A DNA stretch of 64,000 bases from Vicugna vicugna (taxonomy: Eukaryota): the NCBI GenBank assembly GCA_013265495.1, contig MU058244.1, forward strand, positions 62,001-126,000, given 5' to 3'. Position 1 is the first letter of the stretch, and the number at the start of each line of letters is the position of its first letter. The translations under genes and the position numbers were made by a program. The notes beneath the pieces are model-generated. The model did no database searches, was not told the origin of the DNA, and saw only the letters and a list, made by a program, of their open reading frames with translations. Positions 19,091 to 28,925 of this stretch are shown here, piece by piece.

Positions 19091-22000
19091 TATATACACG
19101 TGGAAAACATTTGTAGCCATGTTTCTAGTTGTGAAGCCGAGTCCGGAACCCATTTCCTGTCCCATGGCCCGCGGCGTGGTTGCTGGAGCTCCCAGTTGGT
19201 AGCTGAGAGATTACAGATTACAGCCACCTGGCCGGCCGGGGCCCTGGCCTGCACTTGGGATTCCAAAACTTCCTGGGAAGTGGCCAGAGGAGCCGTCCTG
19301 CTGGTGCATGTGGCCTCGGAAACGGAGCTGTTCACCCTTCAGAGCACCCGGGGATGATGAAGAACTGAACCCACGTGGCGGGTTGACCGCAGTGTCTGTG
19401 TGCACCTGCGTCGCCCACTGCCTGCTGTCCTAGTCCTCGTCGCCTCAGGGCTCGCGTGACCCGTCAAGATCCCCCCATTCCGTGGGGTCGTCTCCAGGGT
19501 GACAACGAGCATCCCTGTGTTCACCTGTTCATGGAAGATTTGGATAAAGGACTAACCAGCAGCATGTCTTCAGGGTGTAGTTTTGGCTGCAGGCTGATGC
19601 CTGTCAAGGGCGTGGAGCAGGCATAGTGGTGGACGCAGGCGGTGTGTCCCCTGTCCCCTATGCCCCCCCAGAGTGGAGTGTCCCCTGTTTGGGCTCTGTG
19701 CGAGGTGCCCGCTGCCCCAGGCCACTGTGCCCGGCGTGTGAGGGCTGCGCTGTACACAATGCTGTGCTGTGGACACGTGTCTGATGTCAGATGTATGAGT
19801 GTGATAATGTACTTGCGGTCCCTGAGATTCCCAGGACACTGCTGAGTTTTTCTTTCTTTGCGCAGAGCCGTCTGATAAACGGCCTGTCCATTAAAGTGAT
19901 GCACAGAGAGGCCTGGTGTGCTCTTGGCGGGGAGGAAAGGGCACCACGAGGGGCTGGGGCCCCGGTGGGGATGCAGGAGGGTGTCGGTGGCGGGGCTGAG
20001 CCTGGGCTTGCTCCTTTGGGTGCCACTGAGGCGGGGGGTCCTGCACGGCTGCATGGAGCTGGTGCCGGAGTGGTGCCCGGCCGAGGGGAGCCGAGCCCAG
20101 GCAGCGGGCAGGGAGGGCTGCAGTCCTGGGGGCCGGTCTGGCTGGGTTGTCTAGGCCACAGCTGCACTGCTTTCCCGCATTCCCGCTCCTACTGGGCCCT
20201 CCTGGCCCTACGGTAACCCTGGGTGCCCCTGGCGTGCCCCGAAGCTGGCCCTTTACAGCGGAGGCATGTACTGAGCCCATGAGCCAGGCCCATCGGGACT
20301 CTGACGTACGTGTCTGCGAACGGGCTGAGAGGCCGAGCGCAGAGGAGGCGCCGGGACCTGGGCCCTGCCTCCTGTGCAGAGGCGTGCTGCACCGGCCCTG
20401 GCTTGTCCTCTTTCGTGTTTCTGGCCCACGCTGCAGGGGAATGAAGCCCTCGGGTGCAGGGCAAGGGTGGCACCTCCCCCATGGCCCTGCTGGAGCCTGC
20501 AGTCCCCTGGTCACACCTGTCCTGGCCCCGGCCAGTGGCCCCTCCAGGGATCATGTGGTCTGGGTCCTTGGCGTCCAGGCGCCTCCACCATAGCTCCCTG
20601 TCTCATTCCAGGCGTGGCATCCCAGCCTGAGCAGCAGGCCGACCTTGCCGGAGGGCGGCTGTTCCCGGGTGGCCAGCCAGGTTCCGCGTGGGCTCTGTCT
20701 CTGGCCGGCCGGCTGGAGCTGCCTTGGGACCCCAGCGGCACAGAGAGCGAGAGCTGACCGGGCTCGGACCACCCTGGCCCTGCCCCTAGTCTCGCACCTG
20801 AACTCGAGGGCGTGGCGGGGCTTTTACCCAGATTGGGGTCCTCTGACGGTTCTGGGGGTGGAGACTGCGAGCTTCCGCTTTGAAACAGGGAGCTGTGCCC
20901 TTGGCGGGCCCTGGGGCCTCTCAGGGAGACCCTGGGCAGAAGAGCGGAGGATGGGCCACCGAGCCCTTCAGGAAAGGCTGTGTGAGGCCTGGCGTGTTGA
21001 GGGGCTGGTCTGTCGCTGGGCCTGGGTCTCCCGTGGAGGGTCATCCTGCGTGGTGCTGGGGCCTAGGCCGGGCCAGGCCCGGGATGAGGGCCTCCCGTGC
21101 TTCCAGTAACCAAGTGGTCCTCTCCGGAACGCCCTCTGTGAAGTGTGGCCAGGAAGGCTGCTGCAGGGGCCCCAAGGGACAGCGAGTTGCTCAAGGTCAG
21201 AGGAGGAAGCCTCAGCCCTCCCCGCCGCCGCTGCCCACCTGCTCCTTGAAGGGGACCTGGGGTCCTGACCTCTGACCTGTCACTGTTGTGGGTGTCGCTG
21301 GGCCCTTGTGTACACCAGCTGTTCTCGCTCCTCCGTTACTGAGGGCACGGCTGACACGTGTCCCACAGAACTGAGGGTCTCAGGCCAGCTCCCCGTTCCC
21401 AGGCAATGGCAGAAGGCCTCAGAGCTCTGGCGCCTGCCTGGCGCCCATCCGAGTTCCAGGACCCCAGAGGGGCCCCCCATCAACCACGGAGGGGGTTGAG
21501 GTGGCCCCCTGGGCTGGGTGGGCTGAGCTCCCTTGTCCCATTTCTGTTGTGCGATGGAACTCCACTGGGAACTAGACAGACAGTGGGCAGGACAGGTTCC
21601 CTAGGGATCGGCGGGCCCTGTGAAGATGTGGCTACGAAGTACGGGGCTGGGTAGTGTGAGCCCTGGGCCCCAAAGCAGAGCCTGGCGTGGGCTAGGGCAG
21701 AACGCTTCTTGGAGGGAAGTTGCTGGGCGCCCTCGCTGGGCTCCACCCGGGAAGCTTCGAAAAGCCCCTCAGCCGACTGCCCGCCGTGCTCGTGCCGCAC
21801 GGAGCCCTTCCTGTGGCGTCGTCGGCAGCGGTGGGCAGAAAGCCGGGACGCCTAGTCGGGCTGAGTGGCAGCTGGGGGTTGCCGTGGGCACGGGGGCAGG
21901 GCCGACCCTCCACCCTGGGCCGGGCCAGGCTCCGTCACCTGCTCTTCCCAGCACGCCCACCCCCAGCCCCCTGCCCTCCAAGCACAAGTGTCATCAGTCT

Positions 22001-24304
22001 TTTCCCACCCCCACCTCCTGGACTGCTTGGAATCCCTCAATGAGAGTGACCTTCAAAACTGGGACAGGCCTCGGTCCCTGCCTGGCCAGAGAAGTGGCCC
22101 TGGCCTCTCCTCTAGTGCTCTCTGCCGGCCTCACGACCCCAGCCCGGCCTCACCAGCTTGGTCCGTTCTGTTCTGTCGGGTACAAACTGCACGTGAGTCT
22201 CTGGGCCCAGGATGGGCAGGGCGGCCCAGGCGAAGGAGCCAGCGTTTCTGGGGCTCGATGTCACCCGTGACCCGTGGGGCCCGCGGTCTGGAGCAGAGTG
22301 AACTCCCCAGGCCCTCCCAGGCTTGGGGGGCTACTTGAAAAGAGGTCCGTCTGCAGACCATTCTGGGCCCCTTGCTGGGGGCAGCTGAGGGTGGGGTGTG
22401 GGCACATGGACCACCTAGCGGTGGGACGTTGGGCATCTCACCATGGGGCCTTACAGGTCACTTCCCCGTTCTTGGCTGGCCAGCTGTCCTGGTGGACGTG
22501 GTGAAGTAAGGGCTTGGCTCAGAGCAGACCCTCCAGAAGGAGTCACGGGGCCTCCAACACGGAGGAGGAACAAAGGAGGAGCTGGCCTTCGGCCAGGGAA
22601 GCAGGGGCTGAGGGCTGAAGCAAGACCCCAGGACCATCTGGCTCTCAGCCCACCGTGCCACCCCACCACCCCCAGGGCTCTCCTACCGGGAAGGGGCTGA
22701 CTGTGAGAACTCACACATCCATCCTCACTGCGAGGTGAGGCATGATACAGGGCTTCCCCCGGGCAGAGCCCTCATGCGCAGTGCAGGGGAAGGGGGCCCT
22801 CTCTGCCCTTCCCCGCGTCCCCAGGGCCGAGCTCCCTCCAGACTGGGGCCGCCTGCCCTCCTCACGCCTCCCTCAGGTAGCGGTGTCTTCCTGGGTCTGG
22901 GCCCTCAACAGCCGGGGACCCTGGGAGGCAGGGCTGGGGTCTCTTCTCTGGATCCCCAGAAGCCCCTAGGGGAAGGCCTGGCAGCCAAGGGGCTGTTTGC
23001 TCAGAGCCCAGCCCTCCTGCCCCCGGGGCCCTGGATCTCAGGTTGTCCTGACTGCTCTGAGAGAGAAGCCTCCTGGCCCCCCTGGAGTGGGGGCCAGAGC
23101 AGTGTGTAGGAGCTGGCCCGTCACCCCGCAGGGCCCTCCCATGGACGGCCCCACTGGAATCCACCCCTACTCCCTGCGGGGCACTGGGATGCAAAGTGTG
23201 TGGTTTCTGCAGAATAAAACAGCGACTGTTCCAACCAGGCCCTTGAGCTGCCAAAAAATGTGGAGTGTTCACTGTCTGGCCCCCGGCCTGCTGATGAGGG
23301 GGAGGGGGTGGCCTTCCTGGGAAGACTGCCCCACTGAGCACCAGACACCATCTGAGCACCCAGCCCCAAACCCCTGCCAGGGTCAAGCCGCCCCCACCCC
23401 GCCCCTCTGGCCCCCGGCCCTCACTGGCACCTGTCTCTGCAAGGCCAGACACCTCGGGGCTCCACCCGGTGCTGCCCTGCCCAGAGGCCCTTTGTGGCTC
23501 TGGTGTTCAGGGTGGATAGACAGACAGAAACTCTCCTCTCAGCCCCAGCCCCTGACCTGGGGATGCCTGCCCGTCTGGGGATGAGGAACCTGGAGCATAC
23601 AGCGGGCAGGCCGCCAGGCCCCTGCCTGGTGGGCAGTCCTGCCCTCTTGGTGAGTCTAGGCTGGGGCAGCCGTGCCCTCTGCAGAATGTGGCGGCCCATC
23701 GTGGGGCCTGGTGGGGAGGTCGGCCCAGAGCCCATTCTGGCTCCTTCTGCTGCACCTCCAAGTGCAGCAGACACACGTGCTGGGCGGGTGTCGCCCTGCT
23801 GCTCGGGAGCCATGCCGCCTTTCCTGGGTGCCTGGAGGGGTGGGCCTCTGTTGGGGCTGGCTTGGGGACAGGCCCTGGGGACCCCAGCCTTGCTGTCTAG
23901 CTGCCCCCGCGGTCCTTCCCCGCCTGTCCTCAGCCCTGCAGGCCCTCGGGGGTCGGCAGTTATCGCCTGCTGCAGCCCACCCCCGCCAGGCCCCAGGTAT
24001 CCTCGGACCCTCAGCTGCATTTCTGGAGAGAAAGAGGCTGCTGCAGACTTGCCAGGACCTGTGCTCCTGGAGAGGCGGCTGCCACCTGGAGCGGGAGGCC
24101 TGTGCCTTGTCAAGGCGGAACCTCAGCTCAGCCCCACAGGCACCCACGACCTTTGCTTGACCCCAGAGCCACGCCCCCTTCCTCGGCTGGTCCGGGGCCC
24201 CTGATCGGTCCCCGGCACAGCAGAGTGCCCGCTGGGCAGGGCAGCTCCCTGAGGCCACCTGGTGTCAGGGAGTGGGGTCGGTGACCTCACTCAGGGCCTC
24301 ACTC

Positions 24305-24340
24305 TGGGCCTCAGTTTCCTCATCCGTGAGGTGGCAACAC
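24305..24340. mobile_element. MIR core fragment
   Basis: TGGGCCTCAGTTTCCTCATCCGTGAGGTGG. Confidence 0.6.
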
Positions 24341-24419
24341 TGCTGTTAGACCGTAGCAGACCAGATGCCCCCAGATTCTGCGCACAAGATGATTTTAAGT
24401 GGTGCACTGATAAAAATTT

Positions 24420-26545
24420 ATGACCATGTTTTCTTCGAAGACGTTGTAAAACATTAAAACATTGTACTTTTAGCTCTTACATGTAGGTCTTTGGTCCATT
24501 TCGAGTGATTTTGGCGCATGGTGTGAGGTAGGGGCCAACTGTCATTCCTTTCCATGTGGACGTCCAGCTGTCCATCTGTCCAAAGACTCTTTCTCCCACT
24601 GAATTGTCTCCACACCTTGTTGAAAATCTTTGACCACAGAAGTGAGGGTGTACTTCTGGACCCTCAGCTCTGTCCCGCTGACCTGTCTGTCTTTCTGTCC
24701 AGACCACCGTGCCATCACTGCCGCAGTCTGCAGGAAGCCTGAGGTCGGGAAGGGTGAGTCCTCCAACGCTGCTCTTTTTTGTCAGCGCTGCTCTGGCGAT
24801 TTAGAGTCCGTCATCTTCCCATTTGAATTTTAGGGTCAGCTCGTCAAGTTCTGCAGGAAAAGCAGCGAGGGTTTTGGTGGGGATTGGGTTGAATCTGTAG
24901 GTCAGTGTGGACATGTGCCACCTTATCGTGTCTTCCAGTCGTGAGCACAGGGTGTCTTTCCTTGTATCTAAAGTCTTCGATGTCTTCCAGTCACACTTGT
25001 GTCACTTTCAGTGCACAACCTTGCATTCTTGTCTGAAATTTGTTCCTAAGTGTTTCACTCTGTCTGGCTCTGTTGTCAGTGGGGTTGCTTTCTTCCCTCA
25101 ATGCCTGGACTGTTGGTGGCGGGTGCGCGCAGATCCGCTTGCACTGGTGTTTACGTGTTCACCCCTCGTCCAGCAGCCTCGCTGCCTCGTTTGTAGCTCC
25201 AGGGTGTCTGTGTGCGTTTGGATTCCTTGGCGTTTTCTACGCGCAAGATCACGCCATCTTCAGACAGGAGTCGTTGACTACTTTCCTCTTAATCTGGGTG
25301 TGTTTGTTTCTTTTTCTTGTCTCAGCGCCCTGACAAGATCCTCCAAGACCACGCCGAACGCACGTGAGAGAGAGGCCATCGCTGTCTTCCTCCTGGTCTT
25401 GAGGGGAGGCTCCCGTTGTTCGGCATCACCTGCGTGCCGGCCCCGTCTATCCAGGGGCGGAGGTTGCTTCTCTTTCTAGCTTGCTGAGGGTTTTTATCAG
25501 GAAGGGGTGTTGCACTTTTCTGGGTGATGCTTTTTCTGTGTCACTGGAGATGATCACACGTTTCTTCCTTATCCTGTTAATGCAGTGTCTGTATGACACA
25601 CAGTAATGGATGTGCATATTTACATGCATCTTATTGGCTGATTTTGTGTATGTTGAACCAAACTTGTATTTCTGGAAGAAGTCACGCGTATGGTCATTAT
25701 TTTCATGTGTTGCTGGATTTCATTTGCTGATATTTTGCTGAAGATTTTTGCATCTATATATAGTGGTCTGTGTTTTCTTCTTGTGCCATCTTCGGTTTTG
25801 GTATCAACACACAAAAATAAAGAGTCTGTGGGAATGGGTCCCCTCCTCTTGTATTTTTTAGAAAACTTTGGAAGCATTGGTGTTAATTCTTTTTAACATA
25901 TTTGGTAGATTTCACCAGTGAGTCCATCTGGGCCTGGCCTTTTCTTTGCAGGAAGGTTTTTGATCACAGATTCAACCTCTTTTAATAATAACCCTTCATT
26001 TCTCTTGGAGTCAGTTCTTTCTGACTCAGTTTCAGTAGCTCGTGTGTTTCTGGGAATTTTTCCATTTCATCTAGGTTATCTGGTTTCTTGGCATACAACT
26101 GTTGAGAGTGTTCCCTTACGATTCTTTTTATTGCTGTAAGGTTCCCTTTTTCATTTCTGGTTTTAGTCATTTGAGTTTTCTCTCTCGTTCTCTTGGTCAG
26201 CGTAGCTGAAGGTTCATTCATTTTGTTGATCTTTTCAAAGAAGCAACATTCAGCTCTGCTAATATTCTTCGTTGCTTCTCTGATCTCTGTTTCCCTTCTA
26301 ATCTTGATCACTTCCTTCCTCTGCTTGTTTTGGGTCGAGTTTGGTCTTACTCCAGTTTCTTAAAACGGAAGATTGAATTTTTGATTTGGGACCTTTCTTT
26401 TTTCCACAGCACCGGGGGCTGCAGTTATCAATTGCCCTCTACCCACTGCACTAGCTGCATTTCCAGACTTTTGGTGTGTGTGTTTTCCTCTCCATTCGCC
26501 TCAGAGTATTTTCCAGTTTCCTTTGAATGCTCCTTGTATGTGCCT
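24420..26545 (-). mobile_element. Decayed LINE-1 ORF2 fragment(s), reverse-transcriptase and flanking region
   Basis: Minus-strand ORFs match L1 ORF2p motifs: FFEKINK...KTRNEKGN...LYAKKPDNLDEMEKF (25982-26311), IDAKIFSKISANEIQQHMK (25620-25877), IISSDTEKA...QHPFLIKTLSKL (25447-25629), QWEKESL (24542-24766). Many frameshifts and stops. Confidence 0.92.
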
Positions 26546-27264
26546 CTGTTTTCTTTCTGCTCATGAGAAAGGCACCTCCCCAGGTCACTAAATAGTCTTC
26601 TGCTGGCTTCCTGGAGCCTGCCTGGCTGAGACCACCGTCCCCCCTGCTCCCTGCAGCTTCTGGCTGAGCTCCCAGGCACACAGTCTTTCTAGAAGCAGAA
26701 GCACACATTAAGTGTCCCTGTCACATTCTATCGCCCCACCCCCAGCCGTGCACGCGCGGCCAAGGCCCTCTTAGAGGGGCCATGGGGGCTGCTCAGGCAT
26801 GGAGAGGTGGGCCCTCCTGCAGAGGCAGGAGGTGCCGATGGTGCATCCAGTGTTGGCGAGACATTCCGGAATGGCCCCTGCACCGGGGTGGCCCACCTGG
26901 CCGCCCTGACGGTGGTGGTGTGTGTCCCAGCAGCCTGGCCTTCTTTCCTGGTTCTGCCTTCATCGAAGGGTAGGAATGAACAGGGTCACGATCCATCAGG
27001 CCACAGAGAGCCCTGAGCTGAGAGCAGGTCTGGGGAGGCTGGACGGGAGTGGCCCAGGCCTGGCAGTGGTGTCCCGGACAAGGCCTCCCCTCCTGGGCCT
27101 CAGCTCGGCCCTCAGGGATTGTCCCTGTGTTTGCAGGATATTTGCCGGTTAAGGAGGGCTTCCTCAGGACCTCCCACCAGACATCTGAAGGGCCTCCCCA
27201 GCCGGGTTTTCTCGCGGAGGGAGACCCTCCTGGATGGGGAAGAGGGAACAGGGACCGCATGCTA

Positions 27265-27330
27265 GGGTCCACACTGCAAAGACGCCACCCACTAGCTGGG
27301 GTCCACACTGCAAAGACGCCACCCGCTAGA
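27265..27330. repeat. 34-bp tandem duplication (GGGTCCACACTGCAAAGACGCCACCC(A/G)CTAG..)
   Basis: Copies start at 27265 and 27299. Confidence 0.9.
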
Positions 27331-28689
27331 GCAGCCCTCCCCCTTATTTCTGGGGAGCCTGTCAGTGCCCGGGGCTGAGCCACGTTCCTCGGGAGGGCAG
27401 CTGCCTGGGGAGACCCAGGACCCAGAGCTGCTGCCTCCCAGGCCTCAGCTCCGGCATCACGGGGCTGGTGCTGGGGCCCCGGAGACAGAGGGCTGTTTAC
27501 CCAACACCGGTGTGGCGGGGGTGGGGGTGGGGGTTGGCAAACAGCCCTCGGCTGGCTCCGGGCCTGCCAGTGGGCCTGGGTGGCGTCCAGGGGCCCCTCA
27601 GCCTGCATACCTTCCTCCCCACCTCCTCAGCCACTGACCTGCGGTGACCCTGAACAAAGGAAATCCCTAAAGCTAACTTCCACGGCTGCGTGTGGGGACG
27701 GGTCAGGGGCGTCTCGGAAGCCACACCCTCTCCCTGCTCCGGGCCCCCCAGGAGAGGCGTGAGGCCGGTAAGCCAGCTGGGTCTAGGCCCAGAGAGGGAG
27801 CCCACAGGTCTGAGGACACACAGCAGGGCCACAGGCTCTTCCTGTGGCCGGGGGGCCTCTGGGAGCCAGCCATCTCCGGGGGCCCCAGACCTCCCCAGAC
27901 AACACCTGTCACTCGGGTTCCAGCCCCAACAGGGGGCAGTGGGGATGTGGGCCCACTTTCTGAGGCGGCTGGGCTCCTGTCCAAATTCATAACAGCCTGA
28001 GAAACACCCTCTGGAAAAAAGCAGCCCGAATCATCATCTCGTGTGTTCAAAAAATTCTGGCATTTTCCCCTCAAAATCTGTCCTAGTTCTGCTTGAGCTC
28101 TCCTGACCCGAGAATACTTTTATTTATGACAGAAAACTCATCTCCATGGTAACGCCTTAGGAAGCTGCAGCCTCGAGATGATAGCTTCCCAAGCAATGAA
28201 GGCAATAAATGGATTTTTTCACAAAACAGCGACTCTGTCATGAACCGGCCACTGGGCTGTCTAGGTGGGGGCTGGGTGGTGAGGGACCCCCCCCACCCTG
28301 AGCAAACAAGCCCAGGGCTGGCCAGGGGCCCGGATCCGGCTGGCGGGGCCTCCCCCACACCAGGCGCTGGACTCTCCCGGCCGCCTGCAAGGTAACGTCT
28401 CTGCCTCACCTTCCTTGCCTGAGAAGTGGGCACAGGGAGTGGGAGAGCCCTGGTCATCCCCGGGGAGACTCAGGGTGCTTCCTCTACAGCCTCTCTGCCC
28501 TGACCTGGGCTCCCAGGTCAGCCTGAAGTCCAAAGCGAGGGGGGGAGCGCCGATCAGTTCCAGTGGGGAGACAGTTCCTCTGGTCCAGCCCGGCCTGGGA
28601 GTCCCTTGTGGGAACCGCAGGTGGACATCCAAGTGGAGCTGCTCCTCTGGTTCCATGGGTCTCTCATCCTCTGATTAATCCGTCCTTCC

Positions 28690-28812
28690 CCTTCCACCCA
28701 TGCATTTATTTTTCCATCCACCGCCTACCCACATGCCCATCCATCCACCATCTTCCCACCCGTCCATCCACCCGCCCATCCATCCACCATCTTCCCACCC
28801 GTCCATCCATCC
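28690..28812. repeat. (CCAT)n-like low-complexity tract with an exact 36-bp duplication (28735-28770 / 28774-28809)
   Basis: GCCCATCCATCCACCATCTTCCCACCCGTCCATCCA twice, period 39. Confidence 0.85.
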
Positions 28813-28925
28813 AAGAAATACTTCTTCAGCACCTACCAGGGCCTGTCACTGTGCTGGACACTGCTGACTCTTTGCCTCCGTGGAGCTAACCACTGGGGGA
28901 AAATCAGGCGTTAATCACACAAACT
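28805..28925 (-). mobile_element. L2 LINE 3'-end fragment
   Basis: CCATCC-tail, then AAATACTTCTTCAGCACCTACCAGGGCCTGTCACTGTGCTGGACACTG, typical of an antisense L2 3' end. Confidence 0.6.

Noticed and set aside
28825-28833. REST left half-site TTCAGCACC
   Set aside because: Lies in an L2 remnant and has no GGACAG right half at a usable spacing.
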